A stretch of DNA of 64,000 nucleotides from Daphnia carinata (lineage: Eukaryota): assembly GCF_022539665.2 (NCBI RefSeq), contig NC_081333.1:11718001-11782000 (forward strand), read 5' to 3'. Shown here in pieces: positions 51,203 through 64,000 of this stretch. The notes under the pieces were generated by a model. It made no database searches. It saw only the letters and a list, made by a program, of their open reading frames with translations, and was not told the DNA's origin. Position 1 is the stretch's first letter. Each line of letters opens with the position of its first letter. A program made the translations under genes and the position numbers.

Positions 51203-54153
51203 TTACTCAACCATTTGCACAAGGACTGTCATGTCAGGTGCACGGCCAAGCCAAAATAACACGCGAAGACTCCAAAAGGTTAGCCTCATCTGGGTTTTAT
51301 CCCACCTGTTTGGTAATAGCATTTTATCAGAAAACTATGCAAAACAACCGATAATTGAATCTTAGTTTCGGTGTTACCACAACCGCCAATCGAAGAGAAA
51401 TTGTTGCCAGATTCCTTGAAGGCGTTGCCGGAATGAAGCTCCTGGAACGATGAAAAATCCTCGCGTGGCGCTTCTTGCCATCAATGTGTATCGATCGACA
51501 AGACTTCCATGGTCTTTAGTTATTGCCCTAACAGTATTGATGTTCCTTAAGACATAAAAAGAAGCCGTTATTCACTTTAAAATGGATTTGTTATACAAGA
51601 TCATCTGTTTTCAAGCGTCGCTTTAATTTGACGTTCAAGTGAGTGTTCTCTAACTTAAAACAAGCGAATTCAAAAATTTAGCGAACTTAATCTATCAACT
51701 TTGCTGCATAACATGCTTTTCTAACACTATGTCAGACTATACTCTTGGATCAAGAACCAGTTGTCTGGTGATATTATTACCTAATTGTTAAAAGCATAGT
51801 TCTCGGCATCGACCGCAAATTGTTCATTATCATGTCGAAACGCTGGGCGGCCATTTCCTGCATGTACTTTGTCTCAGTTTCCGAAAGCTGGTTTAAGTTG
51901 GACAACTTTAGTATTTCATTCCCGACTGGTCTTTGAAGAAGCATTTCAGCGAAGAGCAAGTAGTCTACGGAAACAAAACCACGAAAAATTTTTGTGGTTC
52001 TTTATCTTCTTATAAAAATCAAATAAATAAAAAGTAAAAAATAAAAACACTAATAGCTCTTAATGGATGCATCTGATGCAGCAAAATTGATGATTTTTTT
52101 CAAGCTGCTTAACGTTTTCGATAAAGCAGGCATATAAATACCTAAATATAAGCATCAATTGAGAGGGCATCGCTCGGAAGCTGCTCATCATCCGCTCGTG
52201 AACGTCTTCCATTTGAATTCGTATTGCATGGCGTTGTTCGGTTGTCATCTTCTGCCATTCGCCTGCTTTTGGCCCTTTGTGATCGTAAAACATCCCAAAG
52301 ACCTGGCTTATTGAATCACCGTCAGTTGGCCAGGGCGGCGCTGAGATATAGCGCTGCGATACGGCCATGCAGAACAAACGGTAATCTAGTCATACAACCT
52401 CAATTGATGATGGAAATTTTTCCGGAACAAAAAGACTGTCAGGGCAGTCGGCAGGATTTCAACTGACAAGGATGGACACTATCGAAGCAAAGTCGCAAAA
52501 CAAGGAGGAAAACTAACCGTTAACTCCAAGTTCGGCAGCATGGCGTTTCATTCCGGCATGATCGTTGAGTATAATTGAGGACCACAGCCGGCAAAGGGAC
52601 TTGCGAACATTCGACGGAAGCTCTTCGTATAAGCCATGGTCTAGCAGAACAATCTCGGCGTCACCTTTCTTCCTTTTACGGACTAGGACTACAAAAGGTG
52701 CATAAGCAAATAAAGTGAACCGTATGAAACTCGAATGGGGTTTCCTGACTTACTGTTTCCTGGATGGGGATCGGCATGGACAAAACCCGTATGAAATATT
52801 TGCTCAGCAAACGTTTCAATCAGCTTGTGGCTGACTTCCTTTATCGAGAGTCCTGCCTTCTCTAAGGAATTGGTATCGCTTATTTTGATCCCGTCAATAA
52901 ATTCGGTAGTCAATACTCGCTATATGGGAGGAAAAATGAGAGCGAAATGAAGCCAAATTTGTAAAATAGGAACGAAGATTTTCATTCCGTTACTTTCGTT
53001 ACCTTGCTCGTAAAATCCCAAAAAACTTTTGGTACGTAAACGTAAGATAACGAAGATAGTTCTTTGGCACATCTGCCAAATATTCCGTTATTAATACACT
53101 TTCTTAAAACTGAAGGCGAGCTTGGTTTACCTTTCACCATTGTGACCTTCATTTAGAAAATCAAGTTCCTTGCAAAGTGTTTCCTTTAAATCCTGCACAA
53201 AGTAATGAGGTAAGTTTCGCGTTGCAAAAATGTAATCCCGAGATAATTTCGAGTGTCTTGTCATTCTTCCATACCTTAAGTACCCATTTAAATTCGAATT
53301 TCGGGTGCATCCAACTAATCAGTTCTAAAAGTATTTCAATTGTTGCAATGTCACCACTGAACCGATCTTGCAAATCAATGTACTGAACCTTCACGGCAAC
53401 TTCCCTTCCATCGTGACATTTGGCACGGAAAACCTATGACAAATGAAATAGTAAATTTTCGATGAGCACAAAATTGCCTCTTTGTCTTAGGACTTACTTG
53501 AGCCAAACTTGCTGCAGCAATAGGCTCCTCATCAAATGACTGAAACAACTGTTTGTGGTCCTTTCCAAATTCTTCATCGAATAGTTGCCCAATTTCAGTT
53601 GCACCTCTGGCAAGACATCTATCTTGGAGCACTTTCAATGTTTCTAAATATTCTTTGGGTAGAATGTGATTCATGGAAACCAAACCCTGTCCAAGTTTAA
53701 TATACAACCCTCCATTCTTAAGGCAGCAAGCTAGAATCCGGTCAGCAGTGCGCTGATGGGTTTTTTTTAATTCCTGCTGATATTGTATTGAATCTTCATC
53801 AATACTTCTTAATGACCACCAATAGTCTGTAGATATGGTTGCTCCAATTACAAGTGATCTTCATAAATAGTATTTGATTATTTTAGGTTTCACTGTTGGT
53901 TGTTTTAGCTAATGTATTACCTTAGGAATCTACCTATGCCTTGGACTGTAACCCTGGCCTTTCGTTGTTGCTGGTTCCCAGCCTGGAGATACCAGATACC
54001 AGGTGTAGCAATAGCAGTTGCAAATAAAAGACCCCATTTCTTCTTGGAAGTAATTTTGAAACTTGCATTGGATAGTGTAGTACACTTCCTAATAGGTTGG
54101 TTGTGTAGATAAATAACTTTGGCAATTTTTATACCTCTGATTGAAGTGAACAT
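51203..54153 (-). CDS. ADCK5: AarF-domain kinase 5 (UbiB/ABC1 family) with two alternative internal exons
   Basis: [73 protein letters not shown]. Confidence 0.88.
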
Positions 54154-54626
54154 GATTTTTTTGAAGTTCAAATATTTCACATAAAAATATCGTCTATAGG
54201 AAAGATAATCAAAATACAATATGATCACCAAATCATGATCACTGGCGGGAAAAGGAGGTAATTTCAGTAGAGAACACTGAAAAAGTTCACTGTTAATTAT
54301 TATATTATAAAAAATAAATAAAATCTTAAGCTGTAAGACTAAATGCAGGAACAAGACGATTCGTTATTCGTCTCAGTATTTCAGACTCCCTGTCAATTTC
54401 TTTACGTAACAAACAAATTATTATCTACTTTTCACAGTTCTCAAACACATAGTTTCGTCTGCTGGTAGTTCCTTCTAACAATCGTCTGCTACTTCAGTCG
54501 CATACTAGTCAGTCACTAGTCAGTCAGTTTACTTATGTTCCTACTGCATCATAACGCAAGGAGCATTACCAAAACTAAAAAGTAGTTCATTTTTGCTTGT
54601 AAAAATAAAATAGAAAATATTCAGTA

Positions 54627-55355
54627 ATGGTTTTTATTGTTTGTCGTCCTGGAGTTAAATTAGTATCATGGAAACCTACAGAGTTTTTGAATGCATCGTT
54701 AAAGCAAGGCAAAATGGTTCGCGCTCTACAGTTTCATTCGACGAGCAAAAATACCGGTAAAAAAGACGTGGACTCATCACTTGCCGGAAACGAAAAACGA
54801 AAAACACTTTTGGATAGACTAACAAAAAACCTGAACTTTGGAACATGGAAATTCTACATGCAAGACTTAGTTTTCAAAAATCTCAAGCCAGACATTGTGC
54901 CCCTGTCTTATACAATGTGTTACCGGAGTGGACTTGAAACATATGCCAACTTTGCTATTACAACAGCTGTATCAGCAGCAATATGCATATCAGCAGGTGT
55001 TGTATATCAACTGCTTAAAGTGGATTCTGCACCACTCACAGAAGAAATAATAGGCTTTGGCATTGCTGGGGTGGTTTCTATTATTGCTCTGATGTATGTG
55101 TCACTTAGAGTACCTCTTCGCATATACTACTCTCCAAAGTTTGATGACTTTCTTGTCTTTATGCCCCGATTTATACCATATGCCACAAGAAAACTGTGTA
55201 TTCAGCCAGGTCAGCTTGCACCACCTGCAAGCACCTCAGGATTCCTTCCTTGGATTAATCTCCAGCACATACATACAGAGACTAAGCAAAAGATGCTGAT
55301 GGATGGTGACAAGTTTATATTGCCAATGTATTACAACAAACTGATGGGTTATTAA
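54627..55355 (+). CDS. Intronless mitochondrial two-TM protein, TMEM70/186/223-like
   Basis: Basic presequence-like N-terminus, two hydrophobic helices, RIYY motif and C-terminal YNKLMGY. It lies head-to-head with ADCK5. Confidence 0.55.
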   Translation: MVFIVCRPGVKLVSWKPTEFLNASLKQGKMVRALQFHSTSKNTGKKDVDSSLAGNEKRKTLLDRLTKNLNFGTWKFYMQDLVFKNLKPDIVPLSYTMCYRSGLETYANFAITTAVSAAICISAGVVYQLLKVDSAPLTEEIIGFGIAGVVSIIALMYVSLRVPLRIYYSPKFDDFLVFMPRFIPYATRKLCIQPGQLAPPASTSGFLPWINLQHIHTETKQKMLMDGDKFILPMYYNKLMGY

Positions 55356-55593
55356 CACCATATGATTGTAAATCAGCATTCATTAATAAATATGAATTAA
55401 CCAAACTAAATCAGTTGAGTATATAAAGGCACCAATTTGACAGAGCACTTGATGAATGGTCAGTTCTTTTCTTGTTCGTCATCCCAATGTTTTTGAAATC
55501 ATTTGATGATCGTGGTATATGAATGACTGAATGCCCTTTAACGCACTCGCCCTTTCCCTTATACGGACTTCATGGAAATCAACTAGGGCATGT

Positions 55594-58500
55594 CTACTTT
55601 TCACGAGTACGATTAAAATCTTCAAAAATTTGGGATTCGATTTCGTGGAATTCCGCGCGAGCTTCTTGCGCTGCTGCCTCGTCGCCTCTCTCCTGTGCGT
55701 CGATGATTTGAGTCCGTAGTTCGCGAAGCTTGTCCCTTTTCAATAGCACCGAACTCCCCTCATCCTGTGGTAACATTTTAGCCATTAAAACTGAATCTCT
55801 TATTGCACGACGTTTCATTACCTTTCTTTTGTGGAGATCAAGGAAAACAAGTAACGAAGCCATTTCGAGAAGTTCACTAAAGCCATTCTTTAGGGAATAC
55901 TTCGGAATCCCCGGCGAATACACAAAAGCTGCGCAAAAGTAATTGCATTACGATAAGCTTCATAAATATGTAGTAAAAGAAATTAACAAATTAAAAATGC
56001 CTACCGGGTACGTTGCTTGCGCAATAAGATGAGAATCGCCAAACATATCTACGGAAAAGAATTCACTTTCTTGTAATATTATTTCAATTGACTGTTAAAA
56101 AATAAATACCTATATCGTAGACAGCAAAGCGCAGGAGCGCCAAGGAGGGGCAAGAAACTTCGAGTTGAAATGTTTCATCCCAAACAGGATTAAAACCATT
56201 ATCAGCTGTAAAATAATTACTATTAGTATGCAAATAACCTTATTATTGCTTTCTCTTTCTTATTACTTATGATCTTTGTGGTGTGTTTGTTGTTAATGTT
56301 GTCTTGCTGGTTTCCAATAATCTCAATTTCTACGCAAGGACTTACTATCCCTCGTTTGGACTTAGTTAAATGACGGGCTGCTATGACCTAAATGCAATAA
56401 AGTTTTGTAAACGTTAGTTTTTCTAACGAAATTGTATGGCACCGATGATGTTTACCTTAACAACGACAACGACAGGTTCTTCAGCAGCCAGTATCGAGGA
56501 TTCAGGGGAGTTCTTCAGCATAAAGCTTGGCTTCAATACATAACCACATTTGCCGTTTTGCAAAAACTTACCCTCATTTAACTGCATGCTTTTATCTGTG
56601 AACAAAACAATAGATAAATCGCTAATGCGAAAGCGAATACAGAGCAATCGTAATGACCAACCAGGGGTTTGGTAATTTAATGCCGCCATTTGGGAACCAA
56701 CGTTCCAAAAGGGAACTGGACAATAATTGCTAGAGTCTATCCGCTGTCCTTTTGGGTAGACACGGCTGAACATCACCTAATAACAAAAACATGTACTGTA
56801 TGTGTGCAAAATGATAAGTTACAAAAATGTTTTGAGATCAACATACCTGGTGGTACCAGAGAAAGAATTTTTGCTCTTGAAGCATCAACTTTTCCGCTTT
56901 TTGCTCCGGGAATGAAGACATTTCATAAGGATTCCGCCCCTCACGTAGAATGCGTTCCTGATTGAACGTCACTGCTCTGCAATAGACTATGATATCCGAA
57001 AGCTCCTTAGCAATTCGCCACGTTAGTTCAATTTCTCGATGCATATTCTCACGGTCGCTACACCGCTGAGCGACGCTCCTTTACAAAGCATAAAGCCATT
57101 AGAGAAACACCACAGAATATAATTGTAAAACACGACAATACTTGATAGTGTTACACCAATCGATAGCATCATCCTTAGATTCTACACCCAATTCGATTGG
57201 CTCTGTGTGGGACGGAGACTTCACCCGGAGTAGCCATTCGGGAATAGTTTTACGAGCCAGAACATTGTCTCCTATGGTATCAGGGGGCGAATGTGACCTG
57301 GCTGGAGAATGTAACGCTACTAGCTCCACAGAGGCACCCGCTACATCGTAGCTACCTTTCTGCAAATCACCCAGTGGCGTAACATCTGTGGACTGAAATT
57401 AATATAATTTTAAACTAAAGTGCAAGCCTACTGCCTTTGATCATCATTGTCTGATAAATTCTCACGTTTTCATTCTGCATTTCTTGGGTAATGTCAATTT
57501 CTTGCGTATAATTAGCTGGGAACAGAAGTTGCTTGCGACCTCCATAGTCACCCCGCCACCAGCCGTTATCTTCTTTTTTTACGTTGTAGATAATAGCGTG
57601 TTTGCAAAAACAAAGCTCGTCTTCCTGCTGACTGCGGTAATCATAAAGAGCTTTCACGGTTACCTATTTTAAAAGAAAAGTTAATTCTCGGCAACACATC
57701 GACATTATTGGGGCTTTAAAACGATTACCCCAGTCAAAGCGTTAGAATCCATGTAACCAGGTGCATCTTCACCATCTTGTGGACTCTGGAGAAAAATTTA
57801 AGAAACATAGCCGTTTTTAATCTAAAACTTCAAAACAACGAAAAACTAACAATAAAAAGATTCAAAAGTGTTAATATTACTAAATCACTGTCGGTTTTTG
57901 ACATTAGCAAGGTCATTTCTTCTTGTTAGGATGCAAGCCGAATAACAGACTTGTTAACATTCTTGTCGTATCTGTCCGACCAATGTGAACATCCCTTCCT
58001 ATTTTTCTAGGAAGTAGTCATTTCTACTTATTGAAAGTTCAACATTCGGTTTCTAGAACGATCGTTCTTGAATAGCAAAAAGGATCAGTTAAGAAACGGC
58101 TAGGGCAATAACTTCAAACAAACCAGTTCATTCTCAATATTCATGATCAAAGCGCAATGACCTTTGTAGGGCTTACGTTGAAGTATATAGAATGAGACAG
58201 GTATGCCGACCGTCTTCAGTCTTACGTCTTCAATTGGCGACAATGAATCGATGGGTAATACACAGAACGAGATCTTTTTGGCCTACGAAAAACGTAACAG
58301 TCTATGTTTCTTTTAGTTTGTTTTGTTCGCAGTTTGCAATGCTGTCAGTGGGATTGACGCGCGTCCACAGGAAGTACCTCCTTTTTAATTTTTTACTTTT
58401 ACCGCTTTAATACTTTATTTCTATCTTTTCTAGCGTTACATAATGAAGCCAAATAGAGATATCCCTCACTTCGTAGGTGGTATCCCAGTACCTTTGGTTG

Positions 58501-61500
58501 GCCAAAGGCCTGTTATGCCTATGCCTTCGCCAATGCTACTGGGTTTACCCGTCCCTCTAGCAGGATCAGTTATTCCATTAGCACTCTGGCCATACTTCAA
58601 TCAATTCAACCCCTTTTTCATTTCAAACGGGATCTCTAAGCAGCGGGAAAGCACCCCAGTATCGATTTCTACATCCACGAGTTTGGATTCTGAGAATGAA
58701 ATGACGACTTCTATCCCTATGAAGTCAGAGGAAAGTACTGCAGCTCCCCTAACCGCTACGCAGGCCGACCTTCCTTCACCAGTTCCGATGGCAGATTCAG
58801 GGAAACTAGCAGATACGGTAAGCCAAGCGGTAACACAACCATCTGTATCTACTCCGGCATATTCAACGTCACCGTCATCATTAGCCATGTCGACTATTCC
58901 GGTCATTACGGTAAGTTTAGCTTCAACAAGCACATATGCATGGTTTAAAGTAACTGCGCTTTCCTAACTATTGGGAAAAATTTAGATTCAGCGAGACGGA
59001 GACTACGACTTTGAATATAGCGTGAATAATCAAGAAAGCGGGGATATGAAAAGTCACGGAGAGAAACGATTGAACGGTGTCGTGACGGGATATTATTCGC
59101 TTGTAGATGCGGACGGGATGCTGCGCAAGGTCAATTACACGGCTGATGCTAATGGCTTTAGAGCGACAGTTAACAGGCTACCTATAACCAGCCAATAGAT
59201 CGACTATTCAATTATCACGACGTCTACCGAAAATATAATGGAATTCTCTTTTGTAAAAACACAACGATTATACCTTAGAAACTGGAAAGACGTGATGAAT
59301 TAATAATCCGGAAATTAACTTAAAAATATACGGTAAAAATGACGTAAAAATGAAATTACCACTCCACGTTGACGCACGATCTCCTCTGTTACTGGGTAGC
59401 GAAGGCGAACCTTACGGTAGAGGGGATTCTTTTCGTAATAGCTAACCAAATCGATGAGGCTCTCAAACTGGGCCGTTCCAATTATGTACAATCGGCCCTC
59501 TTGCTTTATGCGGCAATGTTTGATTTTTCCTTCGGCCCTTTGTAATATGAAAATGGTCCATTAAATATTTTCATAAAGAAGCTAAGGCTAAGCAAATAAA
59601 GATTTGTGAAACGTGAAGCTAAATGTACCTGAATGAAATGGAAAAGGTATTTAACTCTCGCTCACTTGGCCTGACCAAGAATGCTCCATCTCTCGGGATC
59701 CAACGAAGTAGTTCTTCTGCCTTTGCTCGCACGGTTGTCGGATGGTACCAATCCTTGCTTTCATGGGTACAAGGCTGAGGAACAGGTTTATTCAAAACGA
59801 TACTAAATCCCTGTAAAGGACATTCAAGTGTTCTTTCGGTAAGCGATTCAGAATATACCATCAAATTATAGTGGACTTACCGGACTTCGAAGGGGAAGAG
59901 TTTTGTAGTGAACAACTAAACTGTACAAGCTGTCGTAGTAGTTGGGTTCTATCAGATAATATTTCGTTCTTCCCCACTCTTGTCGAGTGCGTATGTGACA
60001 GTGATAGACCTTCTCTTGACGCCTTGAATATTTAGAAAGAATAAAAATATCGTGGTACGATCAAGTGATTAATACAAGTATGTGACTTACCAAAAGGAAA
60101 GCGAAAAGTCACCGACGAAGTTGCCACTCTTTCGGACAAGGAAAGCTCCGTCACCTAAGGAGGGTCCATATTGTTGTAATAATTCTTCCGCTCTAGTTCG
60201 ACCCCCTGCCAGTCTACCATGGAACCATTCCTCGCCAAAATGTAGCTCGTATTCCGGAACACCCTTCAGCAGAAGCATATAAAGTTTAGATACAAATTTA
60301 TTAAATTTTGCAAAAAAATAGCTACCTCTCGCAAGGTCTGTTGGGCTGTATCAGAGACATCGTCGTCTGCTTCTTCCGGCTCGCTTTCTTCCGGATGAAC
60401 TTCTGTGTAGAACATTTTGGCATCACTTAGAACAAAAAAGTGCGAGACCCATTCTCTCTCTAGTTTATCTTCTAAATACAATACGCCATTTTTTTCTGAG
60501 TTAGAGAGATCCAGATCTTTTACTTGTGAAAAGAAATGATAAATATGATAATGAGCCAATTTAGACTGAGTTAATTAGATATAACATACTACTACTGTCG
60601 TCAACGCGTCCTCCTGAAGGCATGGTTTCATCAGTTGAAGTGTATGTGGCGCCTTCAGGTAGTTTTTTGTGCTTCAATAGAATTTTCTTTCGCAACGCAT
60701 CGGGTGAAGGCATATAAGTTTCATTTTTTTCAAGAGGCAATGTGAGCAGCATCGAACCAAAAATCTCTTCAAAAATTTTTGCCATCTTTCTTTGTTGTGG
60801 AAGTGTGCAGTGGTCTTCAATTGAAAGAATGACTGGGTAAACAGACGCACTAAAAGCGTGCTCTTTGATCGTTTTAACTACGTCTAGGAAGCGAATTTTG
60901 CTTGTAATAGTATGGCCATGGTAAATAAAAGGCATCCCATCAGGACCATCCCAACAATCTAGCTCTATGCAACGGCAACCTTGATTAAGGCAACGTGCGT
61001 ATGCCTCGACACTAGATATACTAGAAAATTGGTCGCCTGTCAAATACCTTATGGGAAAACGAGATATATTCCAACAAATGGTTCTATAAGAATATTTTAG
61101 ATTGGAAATGCCGTTACGTGTTATGAGAGGACGCAATCCAATAATGAGATATTGGGTGGGTCATATCCTGATTGACAACGTTGTGTTGAGAATCCCAAAG
61201 CTCGTTATGATGTGAAAAGAGGTAACTCATAAACTGTAAAGAAATGAAAATAATAACCATGAACGTGAAAATGACCAAATTGCATTTCCGTATCTTTTTC
61301 ACCTCTTTTGGAGTGAAATATGCAGCTTCGACGTTGCGTCGTGGATCTTGTACGAAATCCCTCATAAAGGCAGTGGCTGCATCGGCTTCCATCGGTGGGT
61401 CACCTTGTTCTGCAAGAAATCTTTGGAAATCTGCCAAAGATATAATGCTTCCATCCGTGGAATACTTGTGGAAGAAGGACCGGTACATCTGTGAGGCACA

Positions 61501-62453
61501 ACTGAGTTTTGTTCAAAAAGCGACTTGATCACCGGTAGAAAGGCATTTTGTACGTTTTCGTCGTAGATGAGGATGTGGTAGAGGGAAGCGAATTCGTCGA
61601 AGGATAATTCGCCTAATCTTCGACAATCTACTTCATGAAAAGCTTCTTTAAGTCGAGGTTTGGTCATTTGGCAGTTTACTTGTGGCAAAAACGCTTTGAC
61701 ATCTTTCAACGTCACAGTTGTTCTGTCGGTAGTCATATTGCAAAATTCCTTCCATAGCCATCGCTCCATTTGCAATGGGTACGAGGATGTGAGAGTGTCA
61801 CGGGACAAGTATCGTAGTCCCTTCACCCAAAGATCACATTCCGGTCCAGAAAGCGCTATCAACGAAATTTAGAACTGTGTCATATAGAATTAAACTAATC
61901 TAAAAGTAATTACCACAAATAGAAAGAGTTTTTAAGCAAAAATCTTGGCCGTAAAAAACTACATAACATCGATTTTCGTCGAATTTTCGGGCATCGTCTG
62001 GCCATCGTTCAAAATCCCGTGAATTTCTGCCAGGTCTTACTTCCTTGACTTCTCTCAAATCAACTGATATTGACAAAAGGGAAAAGTGTTCTGGTTAATG
62101 TACATGGCTCGTAGAATTCAATTACAAAACATGATTTTTAAAAAGCTTAAAAAAAAGGTTCTTGAACCAATCTTGTTTTTGGAAAGCTCAAAAGAAATGT
62201 ATGCTAGATTTACACATTAGTAAACAGTTGTGATCTACAGTAATATTACAAAAACATTACCAGCCCCTTCGAAGACATTCCTCTTGGTCATTGGTCTATA
62301 CCACACAACTTGACGTGTCTCTCTTTTAACTGACAAAATCCTTCTGTCAGGATGTTTCTTCTGGAAAAACTTAGTGACAACGGTTCCTCTCTCCAATTGG
62401 CAAATAATGTTTTCCATTTCTGGAAGCAATCCGCTCCCATCAGTTTCATTCAT
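55594..62453 (-). CDS. PLCG: Phospholipase C gamma (PH, EF, X, SH2-SH2-SH3, split PH, Y, C2)
   Basis: [27 protein letters not shown]…GAFLVRKS (SH2), DGAFLVRPS (SH2), ALYDY…WWRG…FPANY (SH3), [21 protein letters not shown] (C2). Confidence 0.95.
58192..59198 (+). CDS. Cuticular protein with Rebers-Riddiford (RR-2-type) chitin-binding domain, nested antisense in a PLCG intron
   Basis: The last exon (58986-59198) encodes YDFEYSV…[44 protein letters not shown]. It follows a P/S/T-rich exon (58434-58910) and short signal-peptide exons. Confidence 0.85.
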
Positions 62454-63212
62454 GGTTCACCTGATTTGATTATGTTAGCGACGGATCAAAGAAGGGAAAG
62501 ATGGAACACTCCCTCTGTCTCACGGCAAACGGGAGATAACTAGGTACCATACGAGACAACGGGGAGGACTCAAATTGAGGCAAAGGCTTATTGATTCTGG
62601 CAAATTACCAGAAAAAGTAAGCAGGATGTAAATAATTTATGTACCAAATAAGTACTGAAATCTTGATTTTCTACAACATTAATCTACTGTAAGACTCGTT
62701 CACTTTGAATACTGATTATAACGTACATCTTTAAAACAGCTGACAGCCAGTTAGTTCCAAAGTCTCTTTGCTGCTGTCAACTTTTTTGGCCTGGAGGAAT
62801 CAAGTTTTAAAGCGTGGTAGTCATAGCAAAGGCTGAAGGGCGGGGCTTAATGCAAACATGCCTGCCCTGCCTTTCAAATGCTCAGATTGAATTTATATTT
62901 CATAACCAACAAAGCTAAAGTTATCATTATCAATGTTACAAGAAACCGAAATTAAAAAAAACAAACTATTATCGATACAATAACCAGTTGTAAGTGGATA
63001 TCACAACAATTAGCTTATGTAAAATGTATTACTGTATTATGCTTGCCAGGCTAGCCGGTATAGTAATTAATAACAACATTCAGAAACTGTGAAAGAATTA
63101 TAAGATATCAATAAAACTAATAACTACCATTCGTTTGAACTCTTTGCTTGACGAATGGCTGGAACACGGCGGTCGTCCCTAGTGCAGATGACAGTAGGCA
63201 ACTCTACATTTC

Positions 63213-64000
63213 TTTCTCAAAGCGTCAAAATATAAGAAAAGATGCCTTACTCGTGTACAAGCGTTACACAGACGCCTTTTCTTTTCGATTATTACAGGAT
63301 TTAACACGAAAATAAATGTACTATGGCAAAACATTTAATATAGCCGCCATACCAGCAAGGCGATGGAGAACGCTGAAGTGCCTTACATTACGGCTACCAA
63401 CTACAGGACGATATTATGCTTTGAATTCGTCGAATCAAATTGAAAGCGCTCCACTAACGGAACACATTACACCAGGATGTATTATAGAATACAATTTTTC
63501 TGTGAACGGTTTTATCCAGAGATTTGCAGCATATAAGCGCAGCTTTGCAAGTTAATTTTTCTTACGTCGAGCACTTGCCAATTCTATCATCAAAAACTAT
63601 CTTAGCCGAGAGAGACGATTTGGTTGGGAAAAAGGGGCAAGTAGACGTGTTTCTCGGTAGATAATAATGTTGGGATTCTGGGTAGGATTATTGAAAAAGG
63701 ATTTATTGGTGCTAGTGAAGGTCATTCCTAGAAAAGAGCGAGAATGATCTTGTCTATATATCTAAATAGGAAAAAAATGTTCTATCAAAATCAATTAAAT
63801 GTTTCATCTCGTGACAAGATATTTGGAATTTTTAAATTAGAGATTCTCGGAATTTTTCTTTTTCCCGATAGCTTTGGCAAACAATGATTCACAATAGATA
63901 CCATATATTGTATACGGTCTTATCTTTGTTTAGCAGTTCCCTTATCACTCTCATCCAGTCAATATCAAGTGTTATGCTAGAAAACAGCGCGAAATTAGCG
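63213..64000 (+). repeat. Direct repeat, copy 2 (of 1-788), runs off the window
   Basis: See copy 1. Confidence 0.95.

Overview
Eukaryotic, AT-rich, gene-dense DNA with many ~55-80 nt GT-AG introns. It is most likely a crustacean of the Daphnia type, inferred from intron size, a Dae2 gene, a cuticle gene and recurring GCAGACGA/TGGCAAC promoter motifs. Single-copy genes are HIRIP3, a secreted unknown, Dae2, an NPC2/ML paralog, EXOSC7, ADCK5, a TMEM70-like gene and PLC-gamma with a nested cuticle gene. The middle of the window (~7.8-49.7 kb) is a transposon-rearranged zone. Block X (NPC2, DUSP23, ASRGL1 and a mitoregulin-like microprotein) recurs inverted, its ASRGL1/microprotein pair occurs four times, and block Y (CINP, CSAD/GAD-like, satellite) recurs in direct orientation. 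Most breakpoints fall at hAT-like, pogo-like or other TIR ends. The most unusual features are: (1) a hAT-like element carrying six highly diverged cassettes that keep strict spacing of TATCGATA, a Pol III A box, a B box and usually a T-tract, without folding as tRNAs; (2) a 56-aa mitoregulin-like ORF ending 41 nt upstream of the ASRGL1 start, suggesting a bicistronic mRNA; (3) mutually exclusive exons in ADCK5. All gene names come from recalled sequence similarity, not database searches.
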